Assembly: GCA_051362555.1 (NCBI GenBank)
Contig: CM120644.1
Location: forward strand, 16,700,534-16,764,533
DNA from: Lingula anatina
Taxonomy: Eukaryota; Animalia; Brachiopoda
Direction: 5' to 3'
DNA length: 64,000 nt
Below are positions 27,960 to 40,227 of the stretch, piece after piece; within the stretch, counting starts at the first letter, position 1; each line of letters starts with the position of its first letter. A program made the translations under genes and the position numbers. The notes beneath the pieces were generated by a model. It saw only the letters and a list, made by a program, of their open reading frames with translations. It was not told the origin of the DNA and did no database searches.

Positions 27960-29982
27960 ATATATATATATACCATCACCATATGTGTCACTGCAATCCT
28001 TCTGCTGGTCTAGCAATAAAAGCATAGCTGCTAAGGTTTGGCAGCAGGATTTCAGCTATACTCCAAATTCATTTTCTTACTGAAAAAGGTTGTCTAGGTT
28101 CTGTTTGCTCCAATCACAAGAATATGGAAAAAAAATGGCTGTCCAGAATTGACGTGGAGAGCAAAAAAAGAAAAAAAAAGAATTTGGACTGGCTTATATC
28201 TTGCTGTGCAGCAGTCTGTAGTTGAATGTAGGAAGGGCTACTTGAGATGGCCATTCATGTCTTCATTAGACCTGATTGTCAATGTTTTCTTTGAATTAGG
28301 GAATATTTTACTGTACACAGCGTGTTCAATTGCCAGAATAATTTTTGCAAGTTTTTAAAGTAAATTTATTTGACTTGAAGTGTAGTTTAAAAGAAAACAT
28401 TATAAAATGGTGAAGTTAAAAATAAAAATTTTAAAAATACAAGTGCAACTAATAAAACAAAATATCACAGACTTGTCAGTTTTGCACCATCAGTTTTGCA
28501 TTGGTGTAAAATTCCCATGTGACATTCACTCCATTTTATCATCAATTTGCCTGTTGTTTTCAGAATGAATGTAACCCAGAGACATGTACCCAGATGACGG
28601 CCACTGAACAGTGGATATTCTTGTGTGCTGCTCACAAGACACCTAAAGAGGTGAGATGATTCTCTTCCTCAACAAGTATGTAACAAGAACCTTTGATTAT
28701 TGTAGCTAATTAAAAGAGAGTAAGAATTTATCTTATTATTGTATTTTATTCTATTATTTTATTTTATTATTTTATTATCATATTTTATTAACTATTTATT
28801 TTACTTATACATATTTATTTATTCATTTATTTGTGACTATGCATTTTAAACTATGAAGAGCAATGTGCATATAAGTGACTTTTGTTTGAGAAATCCAGTT
28901 CTCAAATCATATTTATTTTTATATTTGGGTAAGAAACTTTTGTCACCTTGACACATATTTGTTGTAAAGAAAGTGATTTTTTTTTTGTTCCTTTTCCAGT
29001 GTCCTGCCATAGACTACACCAGACACACTCTAGATGGCGCTGCTTGTCTATTAAATAGTAACAAATACTTTCCCAGCAGGTAAGTGATGATAAATTTGAA
29101 TTCAAATATATATGTTAGTTCCCTTAAAGATGCATATGAAGTCAATTTTTTGCCACAAAAGCCAACCAAATGCCAGCATATAGTTTCAAACAGTATAACT
29201 GAGAGAATTACCAAAAGACAGCACTTAATATTACCCCCAAAATAATTTTGAATGTAATGACATTTTGAAAACTTGCAGGGTTAGCATCAAGGAATCCTCA
29301 GTGGCAAAATTGGGCTCAGTATGTCGGAGAGTCTACAGAATATTTTCTCATGCGTACTTCCATCATAGGTCACTATTTGATGAATTTGAGGTGAGGTTTC
29401 AAAACTTGATCCCATACAAATATTTCCTGCTCTCACATGAAAAAAAATCCTCTACAAATTTTTTTAGAAAATTTTTTATTGCCACATAATGTTACCTCTT
29501 TTTGATTTTTCATTATTTATGAACTTATCATTTAACAAGAAATGAAAGATATTAATTCTGTAGATTGAAAAATGTCTTGTTGACATTGTTGTGATCAATA
29601 TTTGTGTCTCTGTAAGTATTATTTTTCAAAAAAAAAAATGCAGATTAATTTCACAGCAGATGAAATGATTAGATTAAAAGTGCTAAAAAAGAAAAAGAAC
29701 AGCGGACATACACAGATATTTACAAGACAATTGCCATTGCTTCAGCCCTCTTTATTCAGATATTAAATTCTCCATGACACAGCCTCATACAGATATACTT
29801 CACTGTTTGACTTTCAACCAGCAAATAGGTAGGATATGAATCAATTTATATTTCAGAATGAGACAGCTTTGTGCAAGCGGTTCACACTCTTTGTCACCAA
29901 ATATAATCTCATGTCCAAGGACAATCTCATAGTTCCAATTCTGGAGGACCAACAGGAAGGTGCCAACGAAAGTGAGGCTTGA
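26044..29982 (+). CDS. MOB4: MOB4 / phocein, 8 exons, 221 aa
   Basis: Exons 26044-26097, 26673-26735, 27106-27206, 27522-27564, 28564-28650, 29000-29079, 29279-29390, 29857-29982. They give [43 protein letters not shown]...[25 protein letters not shown]...[56 protein letters not shown]...[13 protein letters not shown]...ESEA*. Confidence 0.97.
26194..26369. mobile_element. foldback MITE with 16-bp subterminal repeats in MOB4 intron 1
   Basis: CGGGGGCGT...ACGGCCCCG termini. GGTTCATTGGTCCGAA is repeated on the left arm and inverted on the right arm. T-runs flank both sides. Confidence 0.8.
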
Positions 29983-32714
29983 AAGTGGAGATGGCCTGAT
30001 TGACTCAGTGGAGTTGACTTTGCAGGGCATGTGCTATGAAAAAGAGGCTTGAAAATGGAGATCGTCAAATGTGCTTTATGACGGTGAACTAAGCAGAGTA
30101 CGTGTTTTGAAAAAAGAGGCTTGATCATGTGACCTGCATAAAGATTGAAAGTTTTGCGCTTTCACTGAAATACCAGTAAATGTGGCACTCCTTTTTACAG
30201 TCACAGACAGGGTCATCTGTGCCCTACTAGAAAGTTCCAGTAATACTGAAAATGTAACAAAACAGTTTTTTTTAACAAAAGGGCCACCAGGAATCCTGTG
30301 TTGTTGTGCGCTGTAAAAAGATGAAAATATACATTGAAGTAGTTGATTTAAGTGTAAGGTTAAATTTTCATATGAACAATCACGAAAGTGAAACCAAGTG
30401 ACATGTGTCTTTTATTTATTATAACTTTTGTTAGTGTAAATTAAGTTTAATCCTATATAAATGTAATGAAATAAATTGAAACAGTTAAAGTAAAACATTC
30501 CAAAGTACCTTTTTTTAATGAAAAAGAACACTTCACCGCTCTGCTTTCTCATGTCCCTCTTTAAAGGGAAAAACTGATTTCCAAAGATCGGCCAAAAGCA
30601 TCGAAACACGCTCATCAAAGAGTTACAAGGAACACATTTGAAAGGGTAGAATTTCATGGCCATGCTGAACATTGCGGTCTCCCTCGCCGTTCAGGGAGGC
30701 AAAAGGTCTCCATATCGAAAAGACGATGAGGGTTTGGTAAAGCCATAATGACACACACAACCAACAAAATAGATAAATAAAAACGCATTTTCAAGGTCAA
30801 CATATTTGATATTGCGTGACTGGGCATATGAATCGGCTTTCTTAGGTCGAATGACAAACAGGGGCGGTATTGTCATAGAAAATATAGGGTTTTCATTAAA
30901 TCTTACGGTACAATTTTAAAGGAAAACGTTTAAGTTTCACACGGTTATTGAATTGTATTGTACATTACATTCATAGGTAATTTTCCATAAGTAAACTCTA
31001 CAGAATTAATATTTTAACTGTGAAGTAATAAAACAGAAATATAAAAACTGAGTAAAATAATTTTAAAAAGAATTGGTCTATATTTGTACTATATACAGTT
31101 TCTCTTGTTTTGAAAATTCTGAAAGAAAATGTTGGCACGTTTCATTAAATCACTTTTAGTTGCTGTTAAATAGATATAACTAGCTAATCGAAAGTCATAA
31201 AGAAAATCTACAACAAGTAAAAAAATCATTTCAAGTATTTATTAATTAGCCTACCTAGGATATTTTATCATAGGCAACGGTCGGCGGTCGTCAGCGCAGG
31301 GCGGATAGAGACTGTAATATTCAGCACAGCTTCTACGGTGAAGGCTTCTTGTGCGCCGTAGACATCGATCGGTGGTCGTCTCGGTCTCAGTACACGGCGA
31401 GGAGAGACCGTAATATTCAGCACAGTTGAAGGTTACTTGGTGCAGAAGACGCTTATCGCCAGTCGCCTCTCCCTCCGTCCACTCCTGATTCCCTCCGGAA
31501 AAACGTTAATGGTTTCTCAGAATCGTTTTGGAAAAACGACACTGGTTTCTAGTTTATTGGTTTCAATGAAATGAAAATTTATACTTCGAACAACAAAAGG
31601 AGGCCCAAGGGGCCCCCAAACTCCTCATCTTCATCCCTCACCCCCCCTCCCCCCTTCCACACACACACACAATCAAACGATTCTAACAAATAAATATAAG
31701 AAAAACGACATGAGATTTTAGTAGCCAGAATTGTTTACAATAATAAAAATTTTTATTATTAAATAAAATTAAACTTGGTCCACCCTACAACAAGTCAAGA
31801 CAGGCGTCCGCTGTGAAAGCGTCCTGTGCCCCGTATAGACCGAACCGCGGTCTGTGCGTCGTAAACAACGATCGGCGGTCGTCTTGGTCTCTCAACACGG
31901 CGAGGAGAGAGCGTAACACCATGCCCGGCTTCCACAGTAGAGGTTACTTGGTTGCGGTAGACGTTCATCTTCGGTCACCTCTTCCTCCAAACACTCTTGC
32001 TTCCTTTTGCAAAAACGATTCTGGTTTCTCAGAATCGTTTTTGAGAAACGACAATACTGTCTGGTTTTCACTATATTTCTGGTTGCCATGTTAGTTCAGA
32101 AAAAAAACGACACTAGTTTCTGATTGCCAAGTCCATTTTTTCACACTGCCTCTTTTGTAACCGACTACTTGTCATGTTTTGTTGCGTTGAATTTTCACCA
32201 ATTTATTACTTTGTTCTTCTTTTTCTCTATTGTTCTTGTGTTTATCCGTGTGTTTAAAATGTCTAGTTGAACATGAGTATCGATAAATAGACCAATGTTT
32301 TGCAATGAACTTAATTGTGTATATAAAATAAACACATAAGTACTCTATTTCAGTTTATAAATGCAAGTGAGTAGCATTAGCAATTAATGTTCTTGTGCCC
32401 TTATGGTGTAGGTAGTTAACGCAGTGCTGGTTGAACAGTAGAGAATTTCTTACCCTCCTTACTACTTTCTCTTGAAGTTGCACTAAACGCAAAAAAAAAA
32501 AAAAAAAAAAAAAAAAAAGATGACCGACAAGACAACTGTGCACCTTAAAGTTTGTCTGGCTGGTTGGCGCACTTGTCTGAATTCCTAACCCGGTATTCGT
32601 TGAATTTGCACCAATTTGCTATTTTGTGCTTCGCCAGATGTGATAATGAGTTTGAGAATTGTTTCGTGATGGGGCTTGTTTCAACTTGATATTTTTTCAC
32701 CCATTTACCCCTTA

Positions 32715-32757
<43 letters not shown>

Positions 32758-33231
32758 CCGCCACTGCATATGATGCATCTTACATCAGGCGTTACATAAG
32801 TGTAGTTACAGGTGTAGCCTTTTACAGCAACAGATCAATCAAGTTACAGGTGTAGCTTCTAGGCTGCATTCAACGCTGTTTTTCACTGAAAACGTTTTAG
32901 TGCGTTTTCCGGGATGTTAATCATAGCAGCTTCTTATTAAACGTTTGGGGCGTGGCAATTAGAGGAGGAGAAGGGGTATGTAGGCCATCACTCTCGAAAC
33001 CCCCACCGCTCTAGTGCCAACAACTAAACTCAGTGAAATCAACCGTTGGCTTATATCAAGTCCAATTTCACAAGTTAAAAAATAATAAAACGGCGTTTTC
33101 TTAAAGTATTTTGAATGCAACACACAATTTCACACCCACAGCATTGCAAACAAAAGATAGGTTTGGTTAAGGCTAGGAGCCAAAGTTAAACGCCCGTGCG
33201 TTGAATATCAGTTTTTATGAGTAAGAGAGAC

Positions 33232-34938
33232 ATGGGCGGCGGCGGCGAAGAACAATTCATGCGACGAGCGATAGAGCTGAGCGCAAGAGGGGCCAGTTTG
33301 GGCGATGGGGAGCCTTTTGGTGCGGTGATCGTAAAGGGCGGGAAGATCATTGGTAGGCATAGTCTTTTCTGTATTCTTCCGAAAAACTAGTACTGTTTTG
33401 CATTCAGCGAAAGTTCCCACTGAGTTGGATCAATCAAGAAGCATAGTTTCGTTGGGAATGAGCCCTCAGAGCCATAAGTTGGACATACTGTATTTCTTAA
33501 CGTGCTTTTTGAATAAAAAAGTGAATAGCTTGAGTGCTCAATATCTGGTACATTGATGTTTCAATGACTGGACTGCTGTTACATTGCCACGGATGTTTAA
33601 GAATAAAAATGTAAAATACTGCTTCAATTTTTACGAAGACGTTGTCGGCTTGTGGTGGTCAGTCTACGAAATAAACCTTTAAAACATGTATAAAAGCTTT
33701 GATAGATTCTCCTTAATAACTTTCGTAAAATGCCGTGTGGCATTGTTTACTCCAATTAATGGTTAAAACAACTTCATACTGGTTTCTTTCGCTTTGCATG
33801 CAAACTTTTCATGATCAGCACCAACAATAATGGACAAACTATACCTTCCGATAATGGGCCCTGAATGATCTTAAAACCGTTATGACTACCGGATGGAAGT
33901 CTAGAGAAGCGTGGAAGGAATGGTGCTCCTAGGAATGGAAGTCCAGGGTCCCATATGATAAGCACAAGTTAGTGTTAGACGGACTATTGGGGTTAGTATA
34001 TGGGACGAATGTTACCTGTACAAAGTAATAGGGAACTGACTACATTTTATAGCGGACTTCCGTTCCAGCCACCCCATCCCTGGTAATTTTGTCAACGGCC
34101 GCGGTTTATAAACGTATAAGCAGTCAAGTTTTAAAATGAATAAAATGCAGTATTTACCTTGCAGGTGAAGGTTGGAACCGTGCCATAGTGGATCTCGACC
34201 CCTCCGCCCACGGTGAGGTAGTAGCTATCAAAAACACGTGCCGGAATATGAAGGCGAGTGACCTGACCGGATGTGACATCTACACGAGCTGTGAGCCCTG
34301 TGCCATGTGTGCTGGTTTGATTGCAATCACAGGGTTTGTAAAGGATTAATCCCAATAATAATAATGATTATAATAAAATTGATAATAATAACAGTGGTAA
34401 TCATAAAAATTATTGCAATGGTTTATTATTATTATTATTGTTTACTGAAACTCTCAAAGTCAATAATGCGCTATAGACTCTCCACCAATATCCAAGTACC
34501 CATGTACATCTCTGATGATATTTCTATTAATCCAAAAATTTCAAGCTCTTCACTCTTATGGTCTAGGAGGAAAGACTAGCTGTGACTAACGCATGGACGT
34601 GCAGGGTAACGTGATCGTATATTGTGCAAAGTCTTTGAAAAATTATTGCCACTGTTATCGATATTTAGTAAGTGTCATCGTAATTTTGCCTTCACTATTT
34701 CCATGATTAGCTTTCGCTATTTCTTTTCTTTTTCAGAATTGAGCGTATATTTTACGGTACCACTCTGGAAGCTATAAAGCCTCACTTCACCTTGGACTAC
34801 GCGGCTTCATATCGGGATTTTCATCTACCAGTACACCAGCGACATCTACCGGCAAAACAACTCCTGGCTGAGGATGCATACAAGGCTGTCAACGATGCTT
34901 TCCCTATCAGGCACGATAACCTGGCGGCAGATGTTTAA
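33232..34938 (+). CDS. Zn-dependent CDA-fold deaminase, GuaD/guanosine-deaminase-like, copy 1 (3 exons, 163 aa)
   Basis: Exons 33232-33352, 34165-34333, 34737-34938. Motifs FMRRAIELS, PFGAVIVK, GWN, DPSAHGEV and YTSCEPCAMC (HxE/PCxxC). Confidence 0.88.
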
Positions 34939-35159
34939 TACTTATAAATAAGTGAAAGTTATCTAATTGAAAGGCGTTATATAATATAAAGTGACTCACA
35001 GCTTTTAAGCTTAAAAGATGCATATGAACTCAATTTTTGCCACAAAAGTCTACCAAATGCCAGCATGTACTTTCAAATAATATAACTAAGAGAATTACCA
35101 AAAGACATCGTTAAATAACCGAAAAATGATATTTAAACATACCTTTCTGCTAGCTTTCT

Positions 35160-35625
35160 CAGGGCCGTAGCCTGAGCAAAATGCCAGAGGGGGCAGTAAG
35201 CGGACACGAGGGGGCGAAGCCCCCGAGGGGGGAGGGTGTGGGAAGGGGTGTCCCCCTCGCACGGTGTGGAAAATTTTTAAAAACTGTATGTATAATACTG
35301 CATGCTGGTGCATTTTAACTGTTATTTATTGGTCAATCAGAAGTCAGAAATTGTGGGTTCATTTTGCCATAAGTACAGTCATTTTTTCAACACAACACGC
35401 CAATTGGCCTGGGGGATAGCTCCCTCAGGGAGGGTGAGCTTTTTGGCATAAACTGAGTTGGCTAAAAACAGTACAAACAGATTGTAAACAGATTGTTGAA
35501 TGATTGTCTAGTGGCCACGAGTGCCTTTTCTCACAGAATTGATACCAACTTTGCAATTATTTTTTTTTTTTACCTTTGCATTTTTTTTTTTGCACCACAA
35601 TTTCCAGGGGGGGCAGCTGCCCCCC

Positions 35626-35656
<31 letters not shown>

Positions 35657-35671
35657 GAGGCTACGGCCCTG
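35160..35671 (+). mobile_element. non-autonomous TIR element M, copy A (TIR CAGGGCCGTAGCC), flanks tttct / gagtt
   Basis: cagggccgtagcc...ggctacggccctg, ~0.5 kb; four full copies in the window. Confidence 0.9.
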
Positions 35672-36066
35672 GAGTTGACATGTGATATGAAAGTTTTTTT
35701 CCAAATGATTTTCTTCGCTTTTTTTCTATTTTTCTGAGTAATAAATGAAAACAAAGATATTTTATCAGGTTCTAAATAACTTTTAATGATCTCACCTATG
35801 AAACGGTCAGTATGTGACCAGAAAACTTAGGCCTTTTTATATTCTATCTAAAAAAACAATAAGACAATTGTCTTGTGAAAAATACCCTTTTCGCATTTTT
35901 TTATTATTTTCTGCTAGTCATATGTCGCCCGAAGTGACTCTTTACTGGATATTTGAAATGGCAATTGATAACTTAATCCGTCATCAAAACTAAATCCATC
36001 TGAACCGCCTCTCAAATCCATGCATGCTGTTTACATCATGGGTAAAGTTAAACTATATGTCAATAC

Positions 36067-36117
<51 letters not shown>

Positions 36118-36583
36118 TTCGAAAAGCACCAAAGTCATCTTTCTAGGAACGTTTCCTGAAGGTTTATCAAATAAAACCTCCTGTACATCATGAACTTCAG
36201 CGTTGATGTTTTGGGGCTGGCGTTGCGTCAGATAAAATACGGCATCTGGGCAGTCGATATAAGAGATAAATATTCAGGGCGTTTTTTTCTCAGTGAGAAG
36301 GAAAAAAGTTTTCATTCGAACCCTTCAAATTCTGGTTAATTGTTCCACTAAATCTATGAATTTTGTTTGATAACTAAGAGGAAGAGGAAGGTTGTGATGT
36401 TCGTAGGGTCGGTGGCTCTCACAGTTAAGGCAAAAACATATCAGCCTCGTCGTGAACAGTGAAGCGAAACGTCGCGGAACCGTTGCGTCTTCTGAAAAGC
36501 ATTGTGTCGTCATAAGTGCTATGACGTCGACACTTCCGTAGTTACAAAGTCAACATGGAAATGCGCGGATATATATTTCCACT

Positions 36584-38055
36584 ATGTCGATATTACGGTT
36601 AATAACTTTATTAATTTTTTGTTTTGCTTGTGTTTCAATAGTATATTTTCTCCAGGATAATTACAGGTACGTACATATTATATTTAGATTGTCTTCATCA
36701 CCTAAACAAATGAAAACTAACAGTGTAATCTTTCGCTCTTTTCGACTACCTAAATCTCTGCATCACAATCTGCAGGAATACTTCCCGTAGAGAGTTTTTG
36801 TAAAATTTGTTGTTCTGAATTCTTGTGAACGATTAGACACCTATTTGTTCGTAATTCATACATGTCTATGCATCATTATATATAAGGAACACCGAACATC
36901 GAGACCTGGAGATCAACATTAACATCTCTTTTGGAGCTAGCGGGGATAGCGGTCAAAAAGAGTACCTGAATCATAAAGTACATCTAACAGAACCAAGAAA
37001 TGACCGCCCATGGTTTACAAGAACAACAACGAGAAGGAGGACCGGTGTTGGTAAACCACAGTTTAGCACAGACTTCGATAGAGAAATAAACGGAATTGCA
37101 CCACCTACACTGGAGGAAACTGCCAAAACTGGAAACACGTCTAGCAGTGGTGAGACTTCTTTTTATTGAAATTATTCATTTTGAACGTGCTTTAATTTGA
37201 TTTTAGATTTGAGCTGTATTAACATGGTATATTTTATTAAAAAAACCCTAAAATTGCTAAAAAAAAATGTAAAACGTCATATGATATCACACAGTATGCC
37301 CAAAAAAATCAGATCCGAAATTTAACACTTTTGGATACATATTTTAAACAATTATAATGATTAACTTCAAATACGTGATCAAAATGCGTTTTTAAAATTG
37401 TAAACATTAGCGACAATTAAACGCAGATTTTATTTACAAGTTGACAATCACCTTATAAATAAAGTACGTCATATGTTCGTTTTCAGACCGAGTGTGGAAT
37501 GCCTCATACTTGAAGGCTGTAGCTTTCTCGGTCTATGGCCGTTCCCTTCAAATCGTCAACGACGTTAAAGACAAGAGCCAAAATCACTTTGGTATTTGGA
37601 CACACAACTTTTATGGACTGCTCAGGGACTGCTGTGACAAAGTTCAGGCGACATCAGCAGGAATAGGTAAGATCCGGTTGTGACACTAATACGATCGTAA
37701 CTCTACTCCGTCGTGTTTCAGAGTGGATGATTATGTTTTTTCTTTAAATTTTGGAAAAAATATGTGTGTTATAAGATTTTCAGACATTGTCTATTTGAAT
37801 TAGCAAATTACAGCATGTCAGTGTCGATCTAAGGCTTATTCAGTTTAATTCGGAAAATGTCATGGAATATATACTTTCTTGTTTTAGTAAATGCCCTTGC
37901 AGATGCTGTTGAAGACAGCAAGAACTCTGCAGAAGAAGTCTTCGGGTTATTCAAGGACAGGGTTGTAGAACACATTGATAATGGCATCGCTCGAGTGCGC
38001 CTCTACTTCGTTCCTGAGTCTCCCGTAGAACGAAAGTGTAAGGGACATTCCAACT
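36584..38055 (+). pseudogene. truncated, frameshifted duplicate of orphan gene Z
   Basis: Near-identical to 44269-45736. It has a 2-bp insertion (ggtcaaaaagag vs ggtcaaagag, ~36955) and ends exactly at the MITE terminus at 38056. Confidence 0.85.
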
Positions 38056-38550
38056 CAGGGCCGTAGCCTGAGCAAAATGCCAGAGGGGGCAGTAAGCGGA
38101 CACGAGGGGGCGAAGCCCCCGAGGGGGGAGGGTGTGGGAAGGAGTGTCCCCCTCGCACGGTGTGGAAAATTTTTAAAAACTGTATGTATAATACTGCATT
38201 CTGGTGCATTTTAATTGTTATTTATTGGTCAATCAGAAGTCAGAAATTGTGGGTTCATTTTGCCATAAGTACAGTCATTTTTTCAACACAACACGCCAAT
38301 TGGCCTGGGGGATAGCTCCCTCAGGGAGGGTGAGCTTTTTGGCATAAACTGAGTTGGCTAAAAACAGTACACCTTTGTAAACAGATTGTTGAATGATTGT
38401 CTAGTGGCCATAAGTGCCTTTTCTCACAGAACTGATACCAACTTTGCAATTATTTTTTTTTTACCTTTGCGATTATTTTTTTTTTGCACCCCAATTTCCA
38501 GGGGGGGGCAGCTGCCCCCCCCCCCCTGCCCCTCGGAGGCTACGGCCCTG
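38056..38550 (+). mobile_element. element M, copy B, flanks caact / tttct
   Basis: Same TIRs and internal sequence as copy A. Confidence 0.9.
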
Positions 38551-39102
38551 TTTCTATGCTGTGTATAAGTAGGGCAGATAAGGTCAGATAGGTAGGTAGG
38601 TTAAATTTCTGACCAAAAATTTAAAGAAAGGAGCACTTTAAAGCACTTTTGTGGTTGATTGAGTGATTTGGATAGATACTTATAAATTCTCTATCGTTTA
38701 TCTACATGGTAACATCTCAATGAAATATACCTACGTAGAAAACATTGGCGTTCATTTCTAAACAAGACAACAAAGCTGTCAAATGTACAGGCAAAGCAGA
38801 AAAATGAAAGGGTAGAATTTCATGGCCATGCTGAACATTGCGGTCCCCCCCCCCGCCGTTCAGGGGGGCAAAAGGTCTCCATCTCGAAAAGACGATGAGG
38901 GTTTGGTAAAACCATAATGACACAACTAACAAAAATAAATAAATACGCATTTTCAAAGTCAACATAGTTGATATTGTGTGACTGGGCACATACGCTGCTT
39001 TCTTAGGACGAATGAACGAACAGGGCGGTTTTGTTATAGAAGAGAGAATTGTTTTGGGTTTCGGGGTTGTTTCAACTAAATTTTTCACCCATCCATCCCT
39101 AA

Positions 39103-39141
<39 letters not shown>

Positions 39142-39454
39142 GTTGCCCTATAAAGCCCCCAGAGGTTTCTGGATGGCTGACCAGATCGCCGTGCACTTTT
39201 AAGTATGTCAGGGCCTGAGACTTAATTGTTTGCGCACATGTCTGAATTACGAACCCATCTACCTGGATTCGCCCTTTCAGAAATAAGGTTTTGTTTCAAA
39301 TCTCTTAGCTGTATTCCTTTGTTTTAAATACGTTTTCTTAAAAAGACAAACAGTTCTGTAACGACTTAATCAGCACTTTTTCTAAATCTATACCCCCGAC
39401 CCCCTCCTCTTAATACGCCACTGCATATGATGCATCTTACACAAAGCATTCTAA

Positions 39455-39668
39455 GGGCGCATTCCTACAGATTTTAGATCGATCTATCCTCGTTGGGAGT
39501 CTCACTAGATTACAGTCAGATAATCCGGCTTAAATGTCCGTCCCGCCCACTACATGCTGTAAGGGGGTAATTAACTTTTGTGCCCGCTTGCCTGACAGCT
39601 ATTTAGCGTGAACCCCCAGGGAGTTAGGTCAATCTAGTTGGAACGATCTAATCTCTGGGAATGGGGTC
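39455..39668. mobile_element. Tourist-type MITE, present only in duplication unit 2
   Basis: Reverse complement of 10860-11074 with TAA TSD; absent at the paralogous site near 32790. Confidence 0.85.
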
Positions 39669-39673
39669 TAAGC

Positions 39674-39868
39674 CAAGTTATTGATGTAGCCTTTAACAGC
39701 AGCTGGTCAAGTTGTAGGTGTAGCCTTTAACAGCAACTGGTCAAGTTATAGATGTAGCCTTCAACAGCAGCTGGTCAAGTTGTAGGTGTAGCCTTTAACA
39801 GCAACGGGTCAAGTTAAAGGTGTAGCCATGCATCTACAGCAACAGGTCAAGTTACAGGTGTAGCCTCT
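39674..39868 (+). repeat. 34-bp minisatellite upstream of deaminase copy 2
   Basis: About six units of caagtt(g/a)tag(g/a)tgtagcctttaacagc(a)(a/g)ctggt; only about two units at the paralogous 32800-32860. Confidence 0.85.
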
Positions 39869-40227
39869 AGGCTGCATTCAACGATGTTTTAACTGAAAAC
39901 GTTTTAGCGCGTTTACCGGGATGTTAATCGAAGCAGCTTCTTATTAAACGCTTGGGACACGGCAATACGGGGAGGACGGAGAGGGGGTGTAGTCCATTAT
40001 CAAAATCCCAACCGCCCCTGTCCCAACAACTGCAGGTAATCCCCGTGAACTGAACCGTCCATTTTCGCAAGTTAAAAAAATAAAACAGTCTTTTCTTAAA
40101 GTGTTTTAAATGCAACCCACAATTTCACAACCACAACATTGCAAACGAAAGATAGGTTTGGTTAAGGCTAGGAACCAAAGTAAAAGCCCCGTGCGTTGAA
40201 TATCAATTTTTCATAAGTAAGAGAGAC

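Noticed and set aside
29122-29230. MOB4 intron 6 sequence matching the deaminase 3' flank (35011-35110)
   Set aside because: Most simply a dispersed repeat fragment into which M later inserted; there is no evidence of a functional link.
35095-35754. Short ORFs repeated at 38003-38568, 42914-43391 and 50030-50251
   Set aside because: They are chance frames within non-coding element M, with no transposase motifs.
39674-39868. Regularly spaced ~34-bp repeats resembling a CRISPR array
   Set aside because: The units are contiguous with no unique spacers, there are no cas genes and the context is eukaryotic; this is a minisatellite.
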